DNA of 64,000 bases, taken from Macrostomum lignano (taxonomy: Eukaryota). The DNA is taken from assembly GCA_002269645.1 (NCBI GenBank), contig NIVC01001984.1, forward strand, positions 62,001-126,000. Direction: 5' to 3'. The notes beneath the pieces were generated by a model, which saw only the letters and a list, made by a program, of their open reading frames with translations, made no database searches and was not told the DNA's origin. The translations under genes and the position numbers were made by a program. Positions 11,801-24,167 of the stretch are shown piece after piece; the first letter of the stretch is position 1; every line of letters starts with the position of its first letter.

Positions 11801-14230
11801 GCCCAGCAAGATGTGTTCAATCAGCTTAAGGCAGCTATGACTTTAACATCAGTGCTCGCGTATCCGCAGTTCAGTGAGGATCCTAACGTCACGTTTGTCC
11901 TAGACACGGATGCTTCGGCAACCAGGATCGGAGCCTGCCTAAGCCAATGCCAAGCTGATGGGATCGAGCACCCAATTGGCTATTTCTCCTGGCGACTCAA
12001 ACTAGCCAAAGCCCAATATCCGATTACGAAGCAGGAACTTTTGGCTGTTTTAGACGGAATGCAACACTTCTACTTTTACTTGCTGGCCAAAAAGTTCATC
12101 TGCTGCACTGACCATGCCGCATTAACCTGGATCCTGAGGCGAACTCAACAGGTGGGAATCTTTGGAAGATGGCTACAATGCCTTAGCGAATTTGAGTTTG
12201 AGATCCAGCACCAGAAGTCAAGTCAGCATCAGAATGCTGATGGCCTTTCAAGATAGCCTGAGGATGACGCCGAATGCATGGAGGAGGCTCAGCACAAGGC
12301 AGTAGTTGAGGACCAAAGTAAGCAGCAGCCACAATAATTGGCGCAGCAGCGCCAAACGTCTACGACAGCAGCCACCCTAGCCTTCCACCGAGCAAAAAGC
12401 GACTGACCTGCCGTTGCCAACAACGAAGTCAAATGAGGCCAACTGCCAGTCATTATTGGGACTCATAGAGGTCACCCACCAGCTTTAGTAGTTTGACATA
12501 TTGCCCAACTAGGAGCCGCGGACTACTAGCCGAAGGTGACAGGGACAGCGACCACAGTGCAACCAGAAAAGACTGTTGCCAACCCGCTCGCTGCCCTGAG
12601 TTCAAGAAAGTGAGGTTCAGCATTGACGCCGATAGCTCTGCTGCCTCATCATTATCTGCTGACGAGTCAAATTCCAACAACAGTACACCAAAACCACTGA
12701 CACAGATTGGCCTTCAAATACAGCATCAGCCTGGCCACTGGTCCAAATAGCGATCTTGCGTAGGGAGCTCCAGACCCCGAATCATGCCGCCACAGCCGAT
12801 GCTATGCCAACAAATCCTAAGGACAGATGCCAAACTCTGAATTTAACAGATCACATCACGAGGCCAGTCACTCAAGAGGAGCTCCAGACTCATCAGCAAG
12901 CTGACTCTGCCATCACCATGGTGATCAATCTATTGGAAATCCAACAACTGAAGCTGCCGATGAATCAATGTCTGAACATGACTAGAGACGAACAGAACCT
13001 GATAGCATTTTATGAACAATTAGAAGTCCGAGACGATAATGTTGGTGAAGAGGACAACGCGGGGATCATCCTGCCAAGAAGTCTCAATGCCACTGTGTTT
13101 GCCAATCTGCATGATTCGCCCTACTGTGGACACATGGGCTGAGACCTCACTATCGCTAAAGTATGCAAAAGATTCTGGTGACCTGCCCTGGCCAAGGCAG
13201 TGTCTGACTATGTTGCTTCCTACCAGACTTGCACTTTAAGCAAAGGATGGCAACGAATCCCGGCATATGTACAGTCATTCCTGGTTTGCAAAATCTATGG
13301 GTGATGCGCAATTGACATCCTGGGCCCCACTGGAAATCCGACAGACCAAGGCAATAAGTACATCCTCTCCTATGTCGACACCACGTCAAAGTACCCCTTT
13401 GCTTTTGCACTTCCCCACTTGGATTCATTCAGATCAAGGCAAGCAGTTTATAGGGCATGAGTTCCGACATTTCTGCAAAGTCTACGGCATCAGGCAGACA
13501 ACGACGCTGCCATATTTGCCCTGGGCTAATGGACAAGCTGAATTGTGCAATAAGAATATTAAGAAAGTTCTCATCTGTCTCCTCGAAGACCATCAACAGT
13601 GGGACAAAATGCTGCCAGCCGCTTTGACTGCTCTAAGATCCACCGTCAATTGTACTACTGGATTCTCGTTGCATTATGTAGTCTACGGAGTGCCCTATCA
13701 AAACCCTATCAACAACACCCTAGACTGCTTGGATGTATCGGCTGACCTCCCAGAGTACATTACCAAGCATCAGCGCAGACTGGCTGAGACCGAGTGCATT
13801 GTTTGCCAGCGACTAAGAGCAGAGATCCAACACTGAAAAGAGTACTATGATAACAGGCCAAGGCCAGCAGAACTGCAGCCCAGAGACAGGGTCTGCCTGG
13901 CCAACATGAAGCTCAACAAGAGCTGCCTAAGTTTCACCGGCCATATAAGAGCAAGTAAAAGATTGTTAAGAAAGTCGGCAAAGTTGCCTATTGAATCAGA
14001 CCCACCACTGCACGACGAGGACGCCCAGCTGAGGTGCTTGTCCACCGGAACAATATCATCAAAGTGCCACAAACAATGGCTAAATGACCACAGGAGCTGC
14101 CGCAACAAACTGAGTGGCCGATGTTGCCCTATGAGTCAAGCAAGGAAAGCGAAGCTGATTCAGCTGATCAGCCTGTACCGGAACAGCAGGCTGCAGCCTA
14201 GCCTGACCTGCAAGGCAGCCAATTATTTGA
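8850..14230 (+). pseudogene. Disrupted gag-pol polyprotein (gag, Zn knuckle, protease, RT, RNase H, integrase)
   Basis: Gag-like helices 8880-9300; knuckle-like CCRCNHEHCAKEC near 9880-9920; protease LFDTGS (DTG 10124-10132); RT motifs PKKDGSLR, MPMGLSSAP, YLDN (11438-11449, catalytic D>N); RNase H LDTDAS and TDHAAL; integrase HHCC near 13110-13235 and HSDQG/NGQAE core. Many stops and frameshifts. Confidence 0.92.
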
Positions 14231-14449
14231 ACTGAGCCTGTGCCATCCTGAAGTGCTAGACGAACACGATCCGGACCTGCCAGACATCAGAATGGAGGTC
14301 GAAATTTAAGGTAATTAACTGCGAAAATTTATGTCTGCTTTCTGCAAATTTTATTTGCACACTATTGCCAGTAGTCACGTTGCGAATGCGTTTAATTTTT
14401 CCTGGCACTGTAAAACCTTCTTTGCACCTGCTAATGTGCTGAAGGTTAG

Positions 14450-14700
14450 TTTAATTTCTCTACTATAAACCTTATGCTTGAGGGTAAAAGCAATTTCTGT
14501 ACTGTAAACCTTATGCTTGAGGGTAAAAGCAATTTCTCTACTATAAACCTTATGCTTGAGGGTAAAAGCAATTTCTCTACTATAAACCTTATGCTTGAGG
14601 GTAAAAGCAATTTATTTACTGTAAACCTTATGCTTGAGGGTAAAAGCAATTTCTTTACTATAAACCTTATGCTTGAAGGTAAAAGCAGTTTCTTTGATGT
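14450..14700. repeat. 39-bp tandem repeat (~6 copies) in the retroelement 3' internal region
   Basis: CTATAAACCTTATGCTTGAGGGTAAAAGCAATTTCTCTA repeated. Confidence 0.95.
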
Positions 14701-15240
14701 AACCTTTTGCTTTCCTGACTGAAGCAATATCATTCTCTTCTCCTTAAGCTTTCCAGATAAAAGCTGTAAGCTATGTTTCTATGTGCTCATGCTTATGTGA
14801 TGCATTATAATAAGCCTGCACCACTGCGCGCATATTTAGCCTTAGGCTTTCCAGTAAAAGCCCGCACTAATGCGCCTCTATTTATCCACCTGCAATATTG
14901 CAACTTTGCGTGAATTATCCTTGCTATTATGCAAAACTTTGCTATAAATTTCTTGGCACACGCCCAACGTGCTGAAATTTTGCGCTCCTCTCTATAACAT
15001 AATCGCGTAACAATTTTGAATTACTTTGCAAGCCTTCTTAGCTCCTTGTTCAAAGTTGAAAGTAATTTTGTTCAACCTGCCATTTTTTTGACTGCCCTGC
15101 CATACCCAGGTCGGGCCCTCTTTCTTCGAGGCCGTGTCCCTAGTAGGGGCACCTGAGGTGAATCGAGGCTCCCATTCTCTATTCAGATTGAGCCAAGTCC
15201 AGGAAAATCTTCCCAGTGCCTTTTTTCTCCTCCCCTCTGT

Positions 15241-15945
15241 TTGTATAGCTCCTTACGGATGACCTGCATACCATTTCAGCTATCCGCACGAGCACCCTCG
15301 CTCTGCAGAGGCAAACCCGAGGAGCTGTGGACTCTATCTGCCACACTGACCAATGCGGCCCACATCTGTCTACGGCTAAAGGAAGAACTAGATGAAGCCT
15401 GGAGACTGGCATCCTGGCAAGGGCAAATTCAGCTCGATGCACCCTGGCGCCTTCTACTGAAGATAATGCGGACCGAGCACACCCGCGACCTGCTTGATGA
15501 GCAATTGCGCCAAGCCGAAAACTGTTTACTACAGCGCGGAGGAACCTAGCGTCTGGCCCTGGCCCTTTTTCTTGCCATCGCCTATTGGGAGGCGGGCCAT
15601 CTCGCCGAAGGGTGGATTCCTCGCCTACGTGTCTTTTGGGACATGGCCGTGGCCAAATGCCCTGAGCATCTGCGGTATGTCAATGGCCAAGTTTAGCTTG
15701 TAGGCTGGCCATTACACCCAGCCCCACCGACCTCAACCTTGACCAGTGCCCTGCCAGACTCGCGAACGGTGGCCTGCCCCGCAGCACCTGGCAGGCAAAT
15801 TGCGGAGGCCGCGCCGACGCTATGCAAGGACGTTTCCAATGAGGACCAGGAGGTCCGAAGCTTTTGAAAAGGTGCGGCTCCCCCAAAACTATGGCAGTTG
15901 GGGCTGCCACTAACAGTTAATGAAACGCTTTCTCTAAATTTTTGA
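15241..15945 (+). pseudogene. Extra 3' ORF remnant of the gypsy element, running into the 3' LTR
   Basis: One frame of 235 codons with three internal stops (TAG 15547, TAG 15694, TGA 15865) and no frameshift; GC-rich and coding-like. Confidence 0.6.
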
Positions 15946-16987
15946 AATTTAAAATTATTTTTCGACACTTATTAAACCACCCTGTGACCATTCTCCGCTG
16001 TCCCCAGTTTTGGCCCTGTGTGTCCACCCTGTGTCCCCAGTTGTTGGTATATTTCGTCATTTTCCCCGTTCTTATGACAGTTTTCCCACACCATTCTCTG
16101 GCCTTTTGCGTCCCCTTTTTGGTAACTTTGTTTGACTCCCATTGTTTTCCGTGTTAAGTTTTCTGTTCTTTGCTTATTCTCCATGACCACCTTTTGCCTC
16201 CAGTGTTTGACCCCAATAGTCCATCTGTTGCATTTTTAATCCCTATTTAATGGTGCCCTTGGAGCTGCCCATTTCTCATCCTTCCTTTTCCCCATTTGTT
16301 TTCCATTTCTCCCTCCCGCTTTCATCCTCCTTTTCCTTGCCTTGCCTTTGCCCATTCAATTTAATTGTTAATCTTTAATTCCGCCCAATTTATTACAAGT
16401 GCTTAGTTTGTTAGTTTGTTAACGATCCAGTAGTGCACCGCGGCACTAGCCGAATCAATCCACCAGAGTAGGCTTGGTTGACATCTATTATTTTAATACT
16501 CAGCTAATTTCATACACCCGCAAATCTATTTGGCTGACTGAGCCAATCATTATCTTACAGCTCATAAACTCCAATAAAACAGTTGATCCACTATTTAATT
16601 TTTGTTAAATAATCTGAAGCCTAGCATATCTTGAGTCATTTGCCCATGGGGCGTAACATAACCCAGTCTTATCTTGAAGCAAGCTCTGAGAGTTGCAAAT
16701 TACAGTGGTGGCAGCGCTACTCTACTGTTAGTAACAGGTCAAGCATACGAGATACGTTAAGCTTTTGGTGTTGGAGGCCAACAAAGACCGCTTGACTATG
16801 ACTAAACTGCCCTCCCCCCAGGATTGAGGACCCTGGCAATCGGAGTATCAAGAGAAAATTTGTTGAGTTTCGTCTGCGCCATATTTCCAGATTTAATTCA
16901 TGCAAACTCAATGTTGGCAAACTAGCCAGAATTCACCACCATTTATTAAAGAAAATTAAATAATTTCTTTTTTCCGCCCCCACCTCA
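15890..16987 (+). repeat. 3' LTR
   Basis: Homologous to 7383-8566; followed by CTAT; no polypurine tract visible upstream. Confidence 0.85.
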
Positions 16988-16991
16988 CTAT

Positions 16992-18300
16992 AAAACTAAT
17001 TTGAAAGTGTAATAATGGTACTTTCTATCTAAGAAATCTGCTTTACTAATTAGTGCGAAAATTCTATACTTGTTTGTTTTAATATGCAAAATATTCTCAA
17101 GTTGAAAGTTTTGTTTTAAATACATACAATTTACTGGTATAAATAGGAGAGAGTTGAAGGAATGGAAAGACAACTAATTTGCTGGCTATAAGCTTAAAAC
17201 ATGTTTGATAAACCATTCTCAGATCATTGCTCATTTTATTCTAAAGAAGTATTGAGAGTCAGAATTGGGAATTCATATAAAGGGAATTAATACTAAGAGT
17301 AATCGCTGTGACCCTCTAATTTCGGTAATGCCCAGACTGGAGAAAAAGAGAGAAAGTACATATATCAGTAAGTAGAAAGCTTAATTTCTTGACACACTCA
17401 GTCAAGAAATGCAGCATTGACAATCAGTTTCTCGAACAATGCCTTGAACTTCAGCTCTCCCCACACTATCTATTTATTCTTCTCGCCAAGCGAGCGACTC
17501 TACCAGCATATATCAGTAAGACTGCTCAGGCCATATACTAAGAATGCTACCAGACCATATACTAAGAACGCTACCCAGAAAATATATGAAATTCTAAGAG
17601 ATAGTTAGAAACATTAAGGCAAGATTTAGTAGATTGTAGAAATTTAATACAGGGAAATTAAAAACCCCTAGCACAACTTGGTGGCATTTAATGGGATTAA
17701 AATTGATACAGTAGGAGGTAAAAGCCCTGTAACAACTTTGGTGGCAGTTAGTAAGATAGTTGGAGTACAGAAGTAAGCCCTAGGACAACTTGGTGTCAAC
17801 AGAGGGATAGAGTGTCAGTGAGAGCAATAACCCCTATTACAAAAGCATTTTAAGATAGGCCCCTAATTGAGTTAGAAAATAAAAATAGGACTAATATATT
17901 TACAATGTCTATAGGCATAGGCCTATTAGTAGGCCTATTAGTATTAGTATTATAGGCCAATTAAAGATTTATAAAAATTGCAAATCATTGGCTCAAGAAC
18001 TTTAAATGACTTTGGTGGCTGACTAGCATTTACAAAATAAATAGGCCTAGCTAGGCCTAGGCCCTAATTATTTAATTACATCTGAGATAGGGCCATACTC
18101 CATAGGCTTAGGTTAGGCCTAATTGCTTTGAAAATTTGGCAGTCTTCCTTACACCTTTGAGGCCTAGGCCTACTCTGAAGGCCCTTAGTAAACCAAACCA
18201 AATTCAAAGACTGAAATACAAATACTGGTCTCCTGGTCAGATCTCAAACATTTAGTTAAAGAAGATTTAGTAGAATACTAGGTATAGGCCTAAGAAGACT
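16992..18300. repeat. Ancient CpG-depleted dispersed repeat (homologous to 49470-49900, inverted)
   Basis: Shared segments GCTGTGACCCTCT..ATGCC.AG, AAGAATGCTAC.AG and repeated GCCCTAGGACAACTT(T)GGT motifs in both places. Confidence 0.65.
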
Positions 18301-19694
18301 AGGGCCTAGCCACTCATAGAACATACATTTATAAAAAACTGCTTTAGTCTTTTTGTTACATTGTCATTTTCTTAACAGATTTTGTCAAATATAGGCCAAA
18401 GAAAATTATCTATTAACTTGAGAAAAGTAACGGCGCGTGCGCGTCCACGCCCCGCTTAAAAAATTGAAGCCGATTTTTAGTTAAATTCCTAGTTAAACTG
18501 TGAATACTCAAGGTTTATCTAGGAATGAGAGTAAGATTGTGTCCAAGTTAAACTAATGTTGAATTTACAGCGCTTTAACAAAATACAATCAAAATAGTTG
18601 AAAGAAAGACTGTTAGAGAAGTTTAACAGTTATTAAGTTGTATTTTTTATATTAAGTTAAGCTTTAATACACACATAAATGAAACGCCGCCTAAAAAGTA
18701 ATAGATTTGAATGCTATTGCGCGCTCCAGACATGCGCACATTAAATCTCAGTTTTTGCCTCGAGATCTCGAAATTAGCTTCTTGTTGTTCATTCTTACTA
18801 CTTTAAGGGTATTTATAACCCAAGTAATTAAAACTCTAAGCGATAGTTGTGCATCTATCCTACTAGCTACTATTTAATTCATTGGTTTATGTGCTTTGCC
18901 ATTTATCAAGAATATATCTTATTTATATTATCACTTTTTGAATTTTAGCTTATTACTTATAGGTAAAAAATTAAATTCAGTAGGCCTAGACAATATTTAA
19001 TTAAATAAAATCAAGTTAATAAGCTGCTTATAGCATATTTTCCTTTTTGTTCTTAAATTTGAACTATATTATTGATAATAAGCCCTGTAAATTTATCAGA
19101 TTATCAATAATTAGGATGAAACTTTCATAGTAAAAGAGACATTGAACACAAATGAACTTATATATTTCCACTTCTAATTATTTTTAGCAAAGTGTTATTA
19201 GCATTTTGTATTAAAAAATAATAGTTAGAAATTACTATTAAGAAACATTGCTTTTTGTTTCTTGAATTTAGCAACTAGGCCTAGTACATTAGTTTTTAAA
19301 GTATCAACTGTCTTAGGCCTAATTATTTTTGGTAGCTTCATTTTGAAGAGACATTCACATAGCTATTTGAAATAAACAACTTGCAGAAACTATTCACAGT
19401 TTTTAATCACTCAAAATCCTACTTTTATCAATGAAAATTCCTTTAATAGCATTTAGAAATCAGTATTGAACTACTTATAAATCTATAAATCACTTGAAAA
19501 GCATTAAAAATCACAAAAATAATCTAATTTTGATGCACTTGCATAGGGCCTAGCCACTCATAGAACATACATTTATAAAAAACTGCTTTAGTCTTTTTGT
19601 TACATTGTCATTTTCTTATCAGATTTTGTCAAATATAGGCCGAAGAAAATTATCTATTAACTTGAGAAAAGTAACGGCGCGTGCGCGTGCACGC
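18300..19694 (+). repeat. Pair of ~150-bp near-identical direct repeats (18300-18450 and 19544-19694)
   Basis: TAGGGCCTAGCCACTCATAGAAC...AAGTAACGGCGCGTGCGCGT present twice with very few mismatches. Confidence 0.9.
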
Positions 19695-19840
19695 AGTAGG
19701 AGTCTGGCCGACTAACTACTGAATTCACCGGCTGTTGGGTTCACCGGATTTTTAACTTTATTTTTAAGTGTTGGAAATATATATAATCGATAGCGCAAGT
19801 AAAACTAGAGATGCGCCTAGATTTTTGGCTCTGCGCGTTG

Positions 19841-20520
19841 GTCCGCGGTCATTTCGTCTGCCGCCTTTTCGTCTGCCAAAGAATTTTAGCAGACGAAACG
19901 ACTTTTTTATTTATGTTTATTTTGGTTCACTTATTTAGTATTTTTTATGTAAGGAATTAAAATAAATTAGTATAAGATAGTTTTAAGCATGTTTTCTTAT
20001 TTATATTGATACATTTTGTTTTTCCTGATACAGGACGAACAATGCCGTTGAGGGATGGCACTCGGGTCTGCGCAAGCGTGCTGGTGTCCGCATGAACGTT
20101 TTTGCCCTCATCGGTGTCCTGGCGATCGAGTTTACATTTTCTGTGCCTATAATTTCGATTGCTCCTTACATTTTACACTTTGTGCATTTAAGCTACTTGT
20201 ATTCGTGAATAAATTGCATATGAGTTTACATACACGAAAAAAAAGAAAGTTGGAAGGAAACTAAACGGTTGGAGATATTTGCTTCTGGCTTTGTGTATTT
20301 ATATGCAACATATTAGCTCCGGAACTTTCAGAAAAATCCTAGCATTATAATAAATTATAATTAATAAGACATTTACATTACACTTCCATGCGAAGCTTGA
20401 TGACATAATTAGTTATTCCGATTTATATATTATATATATTGGCAGACGAAACGACTATATCGTATATTGGCAGACGAAAAGGCGGCAGACGAAAAGGCGG
20501 CAGACGAAATGACCGTCAAC
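19841..20520. mobile_element. MULE-type MITE (680 bp)
   Basis: TIR core CGGTCATTTCGTCTGCCGCCTTTTCGTCTGCCA on the left and its reverse complement on the right; exact 10-bp TSD CTGCGCGTTG at 19831-19840 and 20521-20530. TSDs of 9-11 bp are typical of Mutator. Confidence 0.85.
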
Positions 20521-20934
20521 CTGCGCGTTGCCCCTGGACATCAGGAGGGCGATTTTTGTTATTTTTTGGGGGGGGGGGGTGAAACCGGCGGTGAACCCAA
20601 TAAATCCTTCCAGAGAGCTGAAAACCTATCATGCAATAATTCAAAACAAAATATAGACAGATTTCGACGTGCGCATAAAATTTCAGCGTTGCGCGTTGCT
20701 CCTGAACTGCAGGAGAACGGTTTTTGTTAAATTCCGGTGGTGAATGACTGGGCACCGCTGAACTCCGCGGTGAAGGAAATTAAGTGCGTTTCCTGAGTCG
20801 AAAAATAGTAAATTTTACTTCTAAAAAAGCTATCAAAGTAAAATTTTATCACTTTTATCAGTATTTTTGCATTCCCTTTTGTGTTGATTCTTAAGCTATT
20901 TATTTTAATGCAAAGCGAAAAAAATTTAAAAAAA

Positions 20935-21709
20935 ATTCGAACTACGAGCATTGAAGAACATCGACAAAATCCAAACAAATTTCTACAAATACCTCCTTAA
21001 TCTACCTAAAAGTACCTGCAACTCTGTTTTATACGCAGAACTTAATTTAACACCTATCTCACTTACCATCTCGAACTTTTTTCTTACATGCTGGCTCAAA
21101 ATCAAACATAAAAAACTGAATAGTACCACTATAGGCATCTTCGAATCAAACAACTGCCCAAACAACCCATGGAAAACCAACATCACTAAAAAACTACAAA
21201 ACCTTGGTTTATCTCACCTGCTTAATTTACAAACATCGGACCCTGGTGACAGCTACAACAAAGATAAAACAACAATGACCACACAACTACTCATCTCCTG
21301 GGAGCGTGAACTCTTCAAAAAAATAGAAAACCACGCGAAAGTCATGCATTACAAAAATTGCTTCATCTATAAGAATATTTTCAAGCCTAACTTAAAAAAC
21401 TACTTTCCCAGTATTTTTAGAAATAAAAAACTTCTAGAAATTCTGCTTAAGCTTAAAACTGAGTTCTTACCAAGCAAATACACCCAAGAAAAATGCAAAC
21501 TTTGTGGCAGAGATTCAGGCAATAATATCTTACACTATACAACTGAATGTGTCGGTATACTAGATGTCAGGAAAAAATACTTTAACCAAAGCCACCTGAG
21601 CACAAGACACTTTTACAGTTTAGGCTATGCTACAAACGAAAACAAAAATAAAAAAGATTTGCTAGCTATCGAGAAGATCTATAAACTCATAGCAAATCTC
21701 CCTCCTTAA
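20935..21709 (+). mobile_element. 5'-truncated non-LTR retrotransposon (C-terminal end of the RT ORF)
   Basis: A-rich ORF: IQTNFYKYLLNLPKSTCNSVLYAELNLTP matches the post-RT thumb motif of LINE ORF2; terminal CKLC...HYTTEC zinc knuckle; no RT core upstream. Confidence 0.75.
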
Positions 21710-23608
21710 CCGACATGAAAATTATAGAGAACACCATGTGTACCACGCTGTTGCTGACCGTCTTACACCAATTGAATCCCTGGTTACCTTGATACTTTAC
21801 TTGCTATTCCCTCTTGCTACTATGCATCTCTTGCTATTAAGTCCCTACCCCTCTTCGAGTAAACAATACCGGTGCAATCTATCCCGTATTACGCGTTTAT
21901 TTATGTAAAAATTTTCTTTTTCTAATCGCGCCTTATTTTTATTTAAGCACTCTATTTTTGGTTATTTCTTTCTTACATATTTGCTTCAAAAATACCCTTC
22001 ATATTTAATGCCTAATAATTGCCAGCAATCCTTTCATCTGATTTTTTTGTCTGATTAATACATATAAACTTATTTTTATCACCTACGAATTCAAGTGACA
22101 CCATACTTGTCTTTTAATTCCTTACTTAAATACTTTTTGCTTTGTTTGCCGTTAAAGATTTTTGAAGTTTCGTAAAAAAAAAAAATTGGCGCCCTTTCAA
22201 ATACTATATTATTGTAAAACTCGCCGCACAGATCCCATTCTATCGAAATAATATTAATATTAAATACACTGACATATACTGGCCAAACAGGCTTCTTGCC
22301 TGAGCCAAATTACTACTACTACTACATTGAGTACTGTGTGCGCAGGCGGCGGCAGATGGCTAGCACGTTGCAGGGCACTTGCTCACATCAAAGACAAAGC
22401 CAAAGTGTGGTATTTTTGTGCACATACTTTGTAAAGCCTGTATTAATATATTAAAGTAAAAACTTCTATTTCGATACATCTATTTGGTCAAATTATATAG
22501 ACATACAATATTTAAGATTATATAGTTTCCATTAAATTTTATAATTGAATTAAGGGAGGCACCTATAGTATATTTACTTTTATGCAAAATAGCAATTACC
22601 ATGTAATAATATTGACCCTACACTGGCCATGTCAATATAATTACTTATAATTACCAATACTATTACTAGTCAATAAATATTTTTATATTTGATTTCATTG
22701 TAAATATGTTTCTATAATAATAATCCATCCATATATAATAAATTTTACTCTTAAAATTCTTTCTCTTTCTAACTGTAATTGCTAATTGAAAATTAGAATA
22801 TACCAAGAATTAGTATGGCTCAGTTTTGTAAATTAAAAAAAAATTCTGTGCTTTCTAATATTGTGCATTCTTTATCATAACACAAAATAATTCAAAATTG
22901 AAATTGCTAAATAGATAAGTAACATTTTGAAATTTGTATATTTTAAAATTAGAGACTAATTTCAGGGGCATAGCTAGGAATTTCCTATGGGAGGATACAC
23001 CAAGGTGAAAGTGCTATGACAGAGTCACATGGTAGCATGTATAGCAACAAAGGGCAACAAAAAAGTTTTTGGCAGGCTCTTTAGGGGGTATATGGTATAG
23101 GATCAAGACCGCCACACACCAAGACTGCCACAATTGGGGGAGCTAATGGGGAGGAATTTGGCTCGCCATGTTATTAGATAGTATTAAAGAGGGGTAAGAT
23201 GGGGAGAGCTAGCAGGACAAGGCCGCAAGAGAAGAACTGGTGAGCAGGCCAGGTGGGTGAGTGAGCCAGGCTCCTCATTTTTTTCATTCAATTTAACAAT
23301 GAGATATTGTTAAAATTGCCCTGGTTGACTTGCAATCATTTTGGGCCACTTATTTGTCTTATTAGTGACTAATCTTGGGATGTTTCCTCCTTATCTAACT
23401 CCACAACCCATCACAACCAATAGCAATGCTGGAAGATTAGTAGCCTCCCCTCAATTCCAGTAGCCAGTGAGAACTTATTTTGTCATTATAATATAGGAAT
23501 GGCTTAACTTATAAACTAGAATTACCAATGCAACAAAGGATCACTAAGACTAGACAAGTTGGTATGGCAATAGTGTCACATTGAAGACTTATTGGTTGCC
23601 AATCTTGA

Positions 23609-23995
23609 ATGCTCATTAGGAATTATATTTGTACCCAGAAACACAATACACACAATAAATTGTGTTTTTTGTGTTTACATCAGTCTAGCCTGCTATTGAG
23701 CTATCTAGAAGCTGCACACTGATAGAATGCAATTTTTCTCAGGGATATTACTTCTTTCTTAGTTACAGAGACCAATATGCTCATTAGGAATTATATTTGT
23801 ACCCAGAAACACAATACACACAATAAATTGTGTTTTTTTGTGTTTACATCAGTCTAGCCTGCTATTGAGCTATCTAGAAGCTGCACACTGATAGAATGCA
23901 ATTTTTCTCAGGGATATTACTTCTTTCTTAGTTACAGGGACCAATATGCTCATTAGGAATCATATTTGTACCCAGAATAAATTGTGTTTTTTTTT
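23609..23995. repeat. 168/169-bp tandem repeat, ~2.3 copies
   Basis: ATGCTCATTAGGAAT... starts at 23609, 23777 and 23946. Confidence 0.95.
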
Positions 23996-24167
23996 GCTTT
24001 ATAAAGTGATTGGAAACTATTGAAAACTACTTAATTGCAGAATTCAAAACTAGGAAACATTGTCTAAAGGTATATTTGTAATGATATGGCCTCATTTCAA
24101 TTAAAAGCACCGATTAACCTTTGAATATTATTTTTACATCGCTTTGCAATGCAATTTTCTTGCCTTC

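Larger units (their letters stand above)
7383..16987 (+). mobile_element. Full-length defective Ty3/gypsy LTR retrotransposon
   Basis: Direct repeats 7383-8566 and 15890-16987 (TG..CA ends; 3' copy starts TA), CTAT on both flanks (4-bp TSD), PBS after the 5' LTR, gag-PR-RT-RH-IN order. Confidence 0.9.
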
